Source of the DNA: an uncultured bacterium
Lineage (GTDB): Bacteria; CAYUVA01
Direction: 5' to 3'
DNA length: 53,284 nucleotides
Assembly: GCA_964448115.1 (NCBI GenBank)
Contig: CAYUVA010000034.1
Location: 1 to 53,284, forward strand
The position numbers were made by a program, and so were the translations under genes. Of the stretch, positions 18,665-27,934 are shown one piece after another. Under the pieces are notes generated by a model, which saw only the letters and a program-made list of their open reading frames with translations, was not told where the DNA came from and made no database searches. Position 1 is the stretch's first letter. Every line of letters starts with the position of its first letter.

Positions 18665-20380
18665 ATGAACAGGAAAAGATTATCCACGGGCATTATTTTT
18701 GCTTTTATCATCATTCTCGCTGGAGCATTTCCTGGGTGTGATAAGGATGATGATGACAATGATGGCGCCCAGTGGACTTTCATGGTCTATATGGCTGCTG
18801 ACAACAGTCTCTCTTACATGGGCGTTTTCGATATCCTGGAGATGGAGAAGGTCGGCTCCACGGACAAGGTGCACATCATAGTGCAGGCTGAGTTCGCTGC
18901 CGGGCAACCTGGAGTGCCTGCCGAGGGGACTCTTCGCGGGCGCATTACAAAAGGAAGTAGCACTACCGGCATCACATCCGATCTCCAATCTTTGGGCAAC
19001 AAAGACATGGGAGATCCGGCTACTTTGAGCGAGTTCATCAGTTGGACAGCGGATAACTACCCTGCTGAGAAGTATGCACTCATCATCTGGGATCACGGCG
19101 GTGGCTGGAAAGAGGGGAGAAAGGGCGCTTGCGAGGACCAGACGAGCGGAACCTGGATGACCCTCCCCGAGCTTAGACAGGGAATGGAGGACTCCGGGGT
19201 GCGCCTCGATCTCATCGAGTTCGATGCCTGCCTGATGGGCATGTACGAGGTCGCCTACGAGTTTGCGGGACTCGCAGATGTTATGACCTTCTCCGAAGAG
19301 GTGGAAGCCGGCGAGGGAGATCCCTATGATTCCATACTCGCTATATTGATCGATGATCCAGGCATGTCGGCAGAGGACCTGGGGAAGCACATTGTTGAGG
19401 AATTTTACAAGTTTTATCAAGGTGGTCGCTCCAGTGCCACTAAAAGCGCTGTCAGCCTTTCCTACATGGACGATCTTCACCCCAAGATACAAGATATGGG
19501 AGCTAGGCTAAGCATCGCCCTGGAAACCTACCGCTCGCAGATCGAACAGGCACAAAGAGACACCCAGGAGTATGCCTATCCATCGAATATCGATCTCGGA
19601 CACCTGGCATCATTGCTCAGGGCTTCGCCAGACTCGGGAGTAGCGAATAATGCAGCAGAGATCTATAACATGATAAATCAAGGTGAACTCATTATAGCAA
19701 ATCGAGCATATAGCGGCACTGCCGATAGCGATGTGAGTAGATCTAGCGGCTTAGCCATCTGGTTCCCGGCACCAGGAGAAGCCTCCAGAAGGGAGCTGGA
19801 GGAGTACTATAACCTGAAGATCAACCAAAGCTCTACGACTTGGCTACAATTCCTGATCGATTTTTTATCCGGCTCAACGACCGAGGATGCCGTAGGTCAA
19901 TGGCGTTGCCGAATCTATTGGGATACTGACTCGGATCTTGATCTGTATATAGGGGAGATAGATCCCTATAATCTTTATGCACCCTGGATGGGTCCATCCA
20001 CGCCCAACGGGTTGTTCAGCGCCGATTCGGTCGATTCCGGCGTCTCCCAGGAGGCATACTATGCCAACGACTATGTCCAGGCAGGAAATTATTATATCTT
20101 GGTAAACTACTACGAACACGGAAGCACAAATTATGCCAATGTTTATTTCGAGTTCTACGATGACTACTGGGGTGGTTACGAGAAGTACGGTCCGGAATAT
20201 ATGAACCTGGCGTATCCGCTTGATCCTTACGGCGATCCTTATAACGACGAGTGCAGCGACTGGTGGTATGTCGGTTATGTACAGAGATCCTCTGCTGGTC
20301 AGGCGCGTTTTATCCCCTATAATGGCGAGCCGACCGGGTTTTCTGGAACTTTAAAACGAAGACAAAAGACGGCAAACTAG
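18665..20380 (+). CDS. Clostripain-family (C11) cysteine peptidase lipoprotein with YfaP-like C-terminal domain
   Basis: WTFMVYMAADN, IWDHGGG (catalytic His), FDACLM (catalytic Cys), lipobox-like FPGC, WDTDSDLDLY; RBS AAGGAG. Confidence 0.92.
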   Translation: MNRKRLSTGIIFAFIIILAGAFPGCDKDDDDNDGAQWTFMVYMAADNSLSYMGVFDILEMEKVGSTDKVHIIVQAEFAAGQPGVPAEGTLRGRITKGSSTTGITSDLQSLGNKDMGDPATLSEFISWTADNYPAEKYALIIWDHGGGWKEGRKGACEDQTSGTWMTLPELRQGMEDSGVRLDLIEFDACLMGMYEVAYEFAGLADVMTFSEEVEAGEGDPYDSILAILIDDPGMSAEDLGKHIVEEFYKFYQGGRSSATKSAVSLSYMDDLHPKIQDMGARLSIALETYRSQIEQAQRDTQEYAYPSNIDLGHLASLLRASPDSGVANNAAEIYNMINQGELIIANRAYSGTADSDVSRSSGLAIWFPAPGEASRRELEEYYNLKINQSSTTWLQFLIDFLSGSTTEDAVGQWRCRIYWDTDSDLDLYIGEIDPYNLYAPWMGPSTPNGLFSADSVDSGVSQEAYYANDYVQAGNYYILVNYYEHGSTNYANVYFEFYDDYWGGYEKYGPEYMNLAYPLDPYGDPYNDECSDWWYVGYVQRSSAGQARFIPYNGEPTGFSGTLKRRQKTAN

Positions 20381-20495
20381 GCTAGCTGAAGATGCGGTTG
20401 AAATTTGGTTGTATTTTTTCTGATACCAGACTCGTCTTATATAGCGATCAAAGATACTGTTAACTTGGCAGGCATTCATGGTATGATACATCCCG

Positions 20496-21611
20496 ATGGT
20501 TGAAAACAGGGGAAAAAACAAGAAGAAAACCTTCCTGTTCACAGGCGTACCTGGATTTATAGGTAATCGTTTGCTTGAGGAGGCTGCGCCGGATGCCGAC
20601 AGGATCTACCTGCTGGTGCTTCCTGAGATGATAGGCGATGCACAGGCACTGATCCAGGAGCTTAAGCAAAAAAAGCAGCTCGAAAAGGAAAAAGTGCGGA
20701 TCATCGAGGGGGATATCACCGAGCAGGATCTCGGCCTGGACGAGATCACCAAGCGAAAGGTTAGAAATGAGGTTACCCATTTCTTTCACCTCGCTGCCTT
20801 GTATCGTCTCGATGTCGATGAGCAAAATGCCCGCAGGGTTAATATCGAGGGGACAAAGGTGATCTTGGGATTCCTGGAGAGCATCGAGCAGTTGGAGCGA
20901 TTCCTTTATGTATCTACATGCTATGTAAGTGGCACGAGATCTGGTCGCATATTGGAGGATGAACTGGACAAGGGGCAGGGATTCAAGAATTTCTACGAGG
21001 CGACCAAGTTCTTTGCTGAACTGGCTGTACGCAAAAAATTTGAACATATCCCGACTACCATAGTTCGTCCAGCAATAGTGATCGGAGACTCAAAGAGCGG
21101 ACAAACCATCAAGTATGACGGCGCCTACTATGTCATAAAGATCCTGCACAAAGGCAGGTTTTTCATATTGCCAAAGGGGAGTTCGGCAAAGATAAATGTG
21201 GTTCCAGTGGACTTCGTGGCAAGAGCAATCCGATTCCTTGCACAGCATCCGGAAACGGTAGGTATGACCTTCCACCTGGCTGATCCTAATCCACCCAGCG
21301 CGGAGCGATTCGTTAAATTGGTGGCTAGCAAGTTGAAATCTAAGGTTCCGATTATACCGGTAAAGAAGGATCTCCTTGAAAAAATCTTGCAGATAGATCC
21401 TCTAATGAAGGCGGTCGGTTTCTCCACTGAGCTTGCCGGATACTTTTTATGCGATGCCGAGTATGATACGACTAATGCCCAGAAATACCTTAATCCAGCG
21501 CGGTTGGGATGTCCACCCCTGGAGTCTTATATCGATGCTATAATCGAGTTTTACAAGGCAAACCCACGCCTTAGAATAAAGGAGTATAAGAAACTTGAGA
21601 AAAGTGCTTGA
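20496..21611 (+). CDS. Extended SDR oxidoreductase (thioester-reductase / male-sterility-like)
   Basis: TGVPGFIG, GDIT, HLAA, VSTCYV, YEATK, RPAIVIG, VPVDFVA. Confidence 0.9.
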   Translation: MVENRGKNKKKTFLFTGVPGFIGNRLLEEAAPDADRIYLLVLPEMIGDAQALIQELKQKKQLEKEKVRIIEGDITEQDLGLDEITKRKVRNEVTHFFHLAALYRLDVDEQNARRVNIEGTKVILGFLESIEQLERFLYVSTCYVSGTRSGRILEDELDKGQGFKNFYEATKFFAELAVRKKFEHIPTTIVRPAIVIGDSKSGQTIKYDGAYYVIKILHKGRFFILPKGSSAKINVVPVDFVARAIRFLAQHPETVGMTFHLADPNPPSAERFVKLVASKLKSKVPIIPVKKDLLEKILQIDPLMKAVGFSTELAGYFLCDAEYDTTNAQKYLNPARLGCPPLESYIDAIIEFYKANPRLRIKEYKKLEKSA

Positions 21612-21636
21612 CAAGAACACGATACTGAATTATATT
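21608..21636 (+). promoter_or_regulatory. Near-consensus sigma70 promoter
   Basis: TTGACA (21608-21613), 17-nt spacer, TATATT (21631-21636). Confidence 0.75.
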
Positions 21637-21702
21637 TGTATCGTTGTCTTAGATTGGTCGATTATGAATAAACCGAAATATTAAGCTTTAGGGAGGTTTT
21701 AA

Positions 21703-23202
21703 ATGATGGACAAAAAGGGGTTATCCAAGCTAACAAAGGTGGCTACGGGACTCATGCTACTTGCTCTGGTCGCATTCTTCATGGTTTCTACCCAGACTTT
21801 CGCCGAAAAGGGAAAGCTCAAGGTGATGAATACCAGTGAGGATCAGGCGATAAGCGCAAAGGTATTCAACTACCTGAAGGGACTCTTCGCCCCCACTACC
21901 ATGAAGAGGGATCTGGTAGCAAAAAGACCACACAATATGGTACTCAAGGCGCTTAGCGAAAAGAACCTTGAGGGTGTCAAGAGAACTAAAAACATCATCA
22001 ATGAGAGCAGCTTTGGCATCACCAGCAAAACTGCCAATCACGGCGGCGCTGCCTATTCATGGACCAAGTCATACTTGGCTTCGGATCTTACTTTGACCAA
22101 GGCAACCGAGGTGGACATATCATCGCCCAAGTATCCCTGCACCCCGATAGAGCCGGATCCGGTAGATGACGAGGAAGATGTTACTTACAAGAACCTCACT
22201 CTCTATTGGAGCTGCGCGGTTACAGAGCCGGTTGTATATTCGGTGTATCTTGATACCAACGAGACCCCAGAAACCCTTTTGGCAGAGGATCTGCACGAGC
22301 CATTCTACGGTCCCATCGAACTTGAACCGGATACCGACTACTACTGGCAGGTTGTCAGCACCACCGAGTCGCTCGATGAGGCTGAGAGCGAGATCTGGCA
22401 CTTCAAGACCATGGCTCGTCAAGACCCGCCCTTCATCAACCTGGCAGGATACTACATGACTCATGTAACACAGGCTGAAGGGGGCACGCTGAACCTGATC
22501 GCATGGGTAACCGATGAAAACAATGATGTGGATTATGTGGAGTTGATGTATCAGGGCGCTCCGCTAGATCCCAGGATGTACCTGGTGGATGATGGTGCCC
22601 ATGGCGACTTCGATCCCGGAGATAACATCTATGGCATGGAGATACCAGTTGGACCAGGCATACCGAGTGGATTAGAAGTGCTGCTTATGCTCCAGGCTTA
22701 CGATCAATTTGGACATATTACCGCGCTGTGGCCATTCCTCGAGGTCTGGGAACCGGCAACATCAAAGGCTGGATGCGAGAGATACGCTTCCTATATGAAC
22801 GCTGAGATAGCCATCAAGCACGAGTTCGATTTCAAGCGCCTGATGGATGAGGCGATCTCTGGCAAGGCAGCAACCGATGCTCCAAAGATCCTCCTTGCCG
22901 GCTACATGACCACAACCCTTTATACCGATATCGGCGGCAATATCACCCTGCTGGCAGCGGTCATTGATCCCCAGGGGGATACCAGCAGCGTGGAACTATA
23001 CTTCGACCACATGCCGACTGGTATTGCCCTCCTTGACAATGGCACACAGGGGGACTTCGGTCCTGGTGATAATGTCTATGGCTGGCAGTTCTTCCTGCCT
23101 GGTAACACATTCACCGAGTTCACCAGGATTCTACTGGAGATAAAAGCGATAGATAACCAAGGCAACGAAAGCACCATCTGGCCTTATTTCAAGGTTTACT
23201 AG
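21703..23202 (+). CDS. Secreted protein with an FN3-like domain and two tandem WPY domains
   Basis: Signal peptide ending TFA, YSVYL...YYWQV..S.IW.F.T FN3-like module, two copies of AGY..GG..D[DN]G..GDF.PGDN.YG..WP[FY]; RBS GGGAGG. Confidence 0.85.
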   Translation: MMDKKGLSKLTKVATGLMLLALVAFFMVSTQTFAEKGKLKVMNTSEDQAISAKVFNYLKGLFAPTTMKRDLVAKRPHNMVLKALSEKNLEGVKRTKNIINESSFGITSKTANHGGAAYSWTKSYLASDLTLTKATEVDISSPKYPCTPIEPDPVDDEEDVTYKNLTLYWSCAVTEPVVYSVYLDTNETPETLLAEDLHEPFYGPIELEPDTDYYWQVVSTTESLDEAESEIWHFKTMARQDPPFINLAGYYMTHVTQAEGGTLNLIAWVTDENNDVDYVELMYQGAPLDPRMYLVDDGAHGDFDPGDNIYGMEIPVGPGIPSGLEVLLMLQAYDQFGHITALWPFLEVWEPATSKAGCERYASYMNAEIAIKHEFDFKRLMDEAISGKAATDAPKILLAGYMTTTLYTDIGGNITLLAAVIDPQGDTSSVELYFDHMPTGIALLDNGTQGDFGPGDNVYGWQFFLPGNTFTEFTRILLEIKAIDNQGNESTIWPYFKVY

Positions 23203-23233
23203 GGTATCTAGTTACCGTAGATTGAACACTATC

Positions 23234-23272
23234 AGGGATCGGGTAAGGTACCACTTGCTCGATCCCTTTTTG
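23234..23272 (+). terminator. Intrinsic terminator
   Basis: AGGGATCGGGTAAG / CTTGCTCGATCCCT 14-bp stem with G-U pairs, followed by a T-tract. Confidence 0.85.
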
Positions 23273-23333
23273 TTTGATGTATTTTAGGATCGGAGCTAGG
23301 TTAAAATAATACTTACGAATGCGATGATAAACC

Positions 23334-25724
23334 ATGCAAGACTTCAGTCTTAATCTCGTCGAGTTCGATGCCATAAAAGGGATTCTATCCTCTTACTGCG
23401 CTTCCAGCTTAGGAAGGGGGCATGTTGACCAACTAGCTCCGTTGGCAAATATCTCTTCGATCGTCCACTTGCATCGCTGTGCTCAGGAGATGATCTACCT
23501 GCATCAAGATGGCAATGAACCGCCAATGCAGGGATTAAAGGATCTTAATGGAATACTGGATAGAGCATCTATCGAGGGTGCAGCACTCGATGCCGAGGAT
23601 TTTTCGGATCTCGAGAGCATGGTACTTGCAGGTCGCCGGCTGCGGAAGTTCATCCTCTCCCAGCAAAGGGAGCTGCCATTACTCACTGAAAGGGTGATGC
23701 CCGTTCAGGGGTTTAGTCATATTCTGCAAGAAATAAATCGTATCTTTGATGAACAATATAGAGTCAAAGATAATGCCAGTCCCCAGTTATCCAGGATAAG
23801 AAGACGCATCGAGAGCATCCAGGGCAAGATACAGGATATCCTTAATCGCTATCTCAAGGACTCCCGATATGCAAGCATGATCCAGGATGCCTTTATAACT
23901 ACCAGGGATGGTCGCTATTGCCTGCCGGTCGATTCGAGCTTCAAGGGGAGGATAAAGGGCATCGTGCACCAGGTATCCGCAAGCGGCGCTACTACCTTCA
24001 TCGAGCCGGAGGATATCGTGCCCTTGGGCAATGAGTTGACCGAGCTTGCCGAGGCGGAGGCTGATGAGATACACCGCATCATGGTCTCTTTGACCGATAA
24101 GGTCAGGGAAAACATTGATGATCTTAAAATTTTACAGCAAGCCTGCGCATGGCTCGACTTCAACAATGCCAAAGCGCGCTTTGCCAACGATTATATGATG
24201 AGCATCCCAAAGATGCAGGGATCGCCCGTAGTCGAGCTTAAAGGAGCACGCCATCCTTTACTGATAAAGACCAAAGGTTTCGGCGAGGTTGTGCCGATCA
24301 ATGTCATTCTGGGCAGGGCTTATCGATGCCTGGTGATAACCGGACCCAACACCGGCGGTAAAACAGTGGCGCTCAAGACGGTCGGCTTGCTCTGCACAAT
24401 GGCGCAAGCCGGGCTACCCATCCCAGCATCTCCGGATAGCACCCTGGGCATCTATGGCCATATCTTAGCCGATATCGGCGAAGAGCAGGATATCGTCCAA
24501 TCGCTGAGCACCTTCAGCAGCCATATCGAGCGCATTCGTGAGATAACCCGCAAGGCAAAGCCCGGTGCGCTTATCCTATTGGATGAGCTTGGCGCCGGCA
24601 CCGATCCCGCCGAGGGATCAGCGCTGGGGATCGCCATATTGCGTTACCTGCTTGCCAAGGGGGCGCACATAATAGCCACCACTCATCACGACTCACTAAA
24701 GGCGTTCGCTTATGCGGATGAAGACGCGGAGAACGCCAGCGTCGAGTTCGATCCCAAGACCCTGGAGCCTAAGTACAGGCTAAATATAGGTGTGCCGGGC
24801 AGGAGCAACGCCTTTATTATCGCCGAACGTCTCAGGATGCCATCTCAGATAATCCAGGATGCGAGGAGCCTAAAACAGATAGGCTCCACGGTTACCCAAG
24901 ACCTGGTCGATAAGCTGCAAGAGGACGCCCAGGAGCTGGAGAGGAAGGTCGCTGAGTATCGACAACGCCTGAAGGAACAGGAAAACGCGCAGCAGGAATT
25001 GAAGGAAAGCCTTGAGCAAGCTCGCATCGAGGCGGAGAGCATAATAAACAAAGCTAACCAAGAGGCTGCATCCATCATCGCCGATGCGATCGCCGAGTAC
25101 AAAAAAGCTCTAAAACAAGCATCACAGACTACATCCAGGCAACTGGAGCTAAAGATGCAAAGGCTCAAAGCGAAACACGAGGAAACCGCATCCGAGGCTA
25201 GCATGGCGAATACCCCAGCAGAAGTCCCCCAATATACAGATAGCCTCAAAGCGGGCGACTTCGCTGCCCTGAGGGGAAGCTCACAACCGGTTAAGATAGT
25301 AGAGCTTGACTATAAACAAGGCTATGCTGTGGTTTTAGCCGGGAGCTTGAAGATGAAGGTCCCTTATGAGCGCCTGGAGGCGCTGGATACAGGCAAAGCC
25401 GATGATGCGGAACAGCCTGATGCATCAAGAGATTATGAGCACGAGGGGGTGAGCCTGGATAGCGATGGTTTTTTGGAGCAATCAGGTACCAAGCTCAATA
25501 TCATCGGCAGGCGAGTCGATGAGGCGATCCAACTGATCGATAGATTTCTCGATCAAGCGCTGCTCGAAGGCTATGAGAAGGTGCATATCATCCACGGCTT
25601 GGGCGCCGGCAAGCTGATGCGGGGCATACATGAGCATCTTGCCGGTCAGCCTTTTATCAAGCGTTTCTATCAAGATACCGATGTTCCCGGCGGCGGTGGG
25701 GTTACCATCGTGGTTTTGAAGTAA
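23334..25724 (+). CDS. mutS2: Endonuclease MutS2
   Basis: SASGATTFIEP, ITGPNTGGKT, QSLSTFSSH, LDELGAGTDP.EG, TTH, C-terminal Smr domain IIHGLGAG...GGGGVT. Confidence 0.96.
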   Translation: MQDFSLNLVEFDAIKGILSSYCASSLGRGHVDQLAPLANISSIVHLHRCAQEMIYLHQDGNEPPMQGLKDLNGILDRASIEGAALDAEDFSDLESMVLAGRRLRKFILSQQRELPLLTERVMPVQGFSHILQEINRIFDEQYRVKDNASPQLSRIRRRIESIQGKIQDILNRYLKDSRYASMIQDAFITTRDGRYCLPVDSSFKGRIKGIVHQVSASGATTFIEPEDIVPLGNELTELAEAEADEIHRIMVSLTDKVRENIDDLKILQQACAWLDFNNAKARFANDYMMSIPKMQGSPVVELKGARHPLLIKTKGFGEVVPINVILGRAYRCLVITGPNTGGKTVALKTVGLLCTMAQAGLPIPASPDSTLGIYGHILADIGEEQDIVQSLSTFSSHIERIREITRKAKPGALILLDELGAGTDPAEGSALGIAILRYLLAKGAHIIATTHHDSLKAFAYADEDAENASVEFDPKTLEPKYRLNIGVPGRSNAFIIAERLRMPSQIIQDARSLKQIGSTVTQDLVDKLQEDAQELERKVAEYRQRLKEQENAQQELKESLEQARIEAESIINKANQEAASIIADAIAEYKKALKQASQTTSRQLELKMQRLKAKHEETASEASMANTPAEVPQYTDSLKAGDFAALRGSSQPVKIVELDYKQGYAVVLAGSLKMKVPYERLEALDTGKADDAEQPDASRDYEHEGVSLDSDGFLEQSGTKLNIIGRRVDEAIQLIDRFLDQALLEGYEKVHIIHGLGAGKLMRGIHEHLAGQPFIKRFYQDTDVPGGGGVTIVVLK

Positions 25725-25753
25725 CCATTATCTAGCACTATAATAAAAAGATC

Positions 25754-26131
25754 GTGTACAAGGTTTCGATAAAGACTGGCTTCTCGGCAGCGCACAGACT
25801 TCGAGGTTATAAGGGTAAATGCGAGAATATTCACGGACATAACTGGATCGTGGAGGTAACCGTTGCCTCGCAGGTGCTCGATGAACTCGGAATGGTGGTC
25901 GATTTCAAGGAGTTAAAGACCATGGCTGAATCGGTTATCAATCAACTCGACCACCGTGAAATGAATGAATTGCAGTATTTTATTCAAAACAATCCGAGTG
26001 CAGAGAATATCGCCCGTTACATATACGATAGCCTTGAAGCAGAGATACAAGACAGGCTGTCATGCAAACTTGTCGAGGTGAGCGTCTGGGAGAACGAGCA
26101 TAGTAAAGCCACATACAGCAGGGAGGCTTGA
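25754..26131 (+). CDS. queD: 6-carboxy-5,6,7,8-tetrahydropterin synthase
   Basis: FSAAHRL...GKCENIHGHNW, GMVVDF, LDH, NPSAENIA, VWE. Confidence 0.95.
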   Translation: MYKVSIKTGFSAAHRLRGYKGKCENIHGHNWIVEVTVASQVLDELGMVVDFKELKTMAESVINQLDHREMNELQYFIQNNPSAENIARYIYDSLEAEIQDRLSCKLVEVSVWENEHSKATYSREA

Positions 26132-26135
26132 GATA

Positions 26136-26783
26136 TTGGCAGAGGACATGCTGACCGTTAATGAGATATTCTACAGCATCCAGGGCGAGGGATCATACAA
26201 TGGCTACCCGTGCATCTTCATCAGGCTGACCGGCTGCAACCTGCATTGTAGCTACTGCGATACACATTATGCCAGAGAGGGCGGGGATGAACTCGCCATC
26301 AGCGAGATCTTGAAACGCATCAAGGGATATCCCTGTCGCCTAGTGGAAGTTACCGGCGGGGAGCCGATGATCCAACCACAAACTCCCACCTTGCTCAAGG
26401 CGCTCAACGATGCTGGATACAAGCTTCTCCTGGAGACCAACGGCAGCATATCACTGGAGAGCGTCCCCAACCAGGTCATCAAGGTGGTGGATCTCAAGTG
26501 CCCCTGGAGCGGGATGAATGGGCATATAAACTGGGATGTCCTGGGGCAGATGAGCGCCCACGATGTTATCAAGTTCGTGGTCTGCAACTGGGGAGACTTC
26601 GAGTGGGCATGTAATGTGATGAAAAAGCATCGATTAAACCGGCGATTCCAGGTGTACTTCTCGCCTGCCGACGGATACCTCGAACCCAAGCAGTTGGCGC
26701 AGTGGCTGCTTGAGCATGGCGAGGATGTGCCGATGCAGCTTCAAATTCACAAGATAATCTGGGGATCCCAAAGGGGGCGATAG
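26136..26783 (+). CDS. queE: 7-carboxy-7-deazaguanine synthase (radical SAM)
   Basis: EIFYSIQGEG, FIRLTGCNLHCSYCDT, TGGEP, ETNG, QIHKIIW. Confidence 0.95.
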   Translation: MAEDMLTVNEIFYSIQGEGSYNGYPCIFIRLTGCNLHCSYCDTHYAREGGDELAISEILKRIKGYPCRLVEVTGGEPMIQPQTPTLLKALNDAGYKLLLETNGSISLESVPNQVIKVVDLKCPWSGMNGHINWDVLGQMSAHDVIKFVVCNWGDFEWACNVMKKHRLNRRFQVYFSPADGYLEPKQLAQWLLEHGEDVPMQLQIHKIIWGSQRGR

Positions 26784-26784
26784 T

Positions 26785-27528
26785 TTGGCAAAGGATAAGC
26801 CGAAAGCCCTGGTGCTGCTCAGCGGCGGTATGGATAGCGCGGTTACGGCTGCCTATGCGATCGACAGGGGATACGAGGTATATGCTCTCACCTTTGACTA
26901 TCAACAGCGCCACCGCATCGAGATCGAGTATGCGAAGCGGATAGCACAATCACTCGGCGTGGCAAGGCATATCGTTTTCGAGCTTGATCTAAGGCAGATA
27001 GGCGGCTCCGCTCTGACCTGTGATGAAATCCCAGTATCAAGGGGCAGCGATGATGGACCGCTCGCTCACGCTCACGGCTCGGATTCGGAAAACCAGAGCC
27101 ACGACCATGAAAATATAAATATCCCCATAACTTATGTGCCGGCGCGCAACACCATCTTCTTATCGATAGCTCTGGGATTTGCTGAAGTGCTAGAATGCGA
27201 TGCAGTATTCATCGGTGCCAACGCCATCGACTACTCCGGCTACCCGGACTGTCGCCCGGAATACATAAGGCGCTTCCAAAGCCTGGCTGATATTGCCACC
27301 AAGGCGACTGCTCAGGATGCAAAGAAAATCAAGATAGAGGCACCCTTGCTGAATCTAAGCAAAGCACAGATCATCGGTTTGGGCATAAGCCTGGGAATAG
27401 ATTTTGCAAAGACATGGAGTTGCTATGATCCTTTAAAAGATGGCACCCCATGCGGCAAATGCGATGCCTGCCTTCTAAGGGAGCGCGGATTTAATGAATA
27501 TCAACGACAATTGGCAGAAAGGAAATAA
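26785..27528 (+). CDS. queC: 7-cyano-7-deazaguanine synthase
   Basis: LLSGGMDS, TYVPARN, YPDCR, TWSCY, CGKCDACLLR. Confidence 0.96.
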   Translation: MAKDKPKALVLLSGGMDSAVTAAYAIDRGYEVYALTFDYQQRHRIEIEYAKRIAQSLGVARHIVFELDLRQIGGSALTCDEIPVSRGSDDGPLAHAHGSDSENQSHDHENINIPITYVPARNTIFLSIALGFAEVLECDAVFIGANAIDYSGYPDCRPEYIRRFQSLADIATKATAQDAKKIKIEAPLLNLSKAQIIGLGISLGIDFAKTWSCYDPLKDGTPCGKCDACLLRERGFNEYQRQLAERK

Positions 27529-27531
27529 ACC

Positions 27532-27879
27532 ATGCCTAATAAAGAGTCAGACAAGCGCAGCCTGCAACCGGCGATCATCGAAGACCTGGCTGCTATGGTC
27601 GATTACTCTGCCGGCTCCATTGTGAGTCGTATCCTGATGAAAAACAGTGCTGGGTCTGTAACGCTGTTTTCCTTTGATGCCGGGCAGGAGCTTAGCGAGC
27701 ACGCCGCGCCCTTTGATGCGCTGGTTCAGATACTTGAAGGCAAGGGAGATATCATCATCGACAAGAAAAAGCACATCCTGCAAGCAGGCGAGATCATCCT
27801 CATGCCAGCCAATATACCTCACGCGGTCAAAGCGCCGCAGCGCTTCAAAATGCTTCTTGTGATGTTAAAGGGAGAATAG
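27532..27879 (+). CDS. Cupin-domain protein
   Basis: VTLFSFDAGQELSEH..PFDA.VQILEG, MPANIPHAVKA...FKMLL. Confidence 0.9.
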   Translation: MPNKESDKRSLQPAIIEDLAAMVDYSAGSIVSRILMKNSAGSVTLFSFDAGQELSEHAAPFDALVQILEGKGDIIIDKKKHILQAGEIILMPANIPHAVKAPQRFKMLLVMLKGE

Positions 27880-27934
27880 ACTCAAGATAGATTGAACTAT
27901 CTCAAACTGGATAGGGAGAACGTATCATCACATC

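Noticed and set aside
25754-27528. queDEC as a dpd (7-deazaguanine DNA modification) defence island
   Set aside because: No dpdA/tgt-like or dpdB-K genes, and the context is housekeeping.
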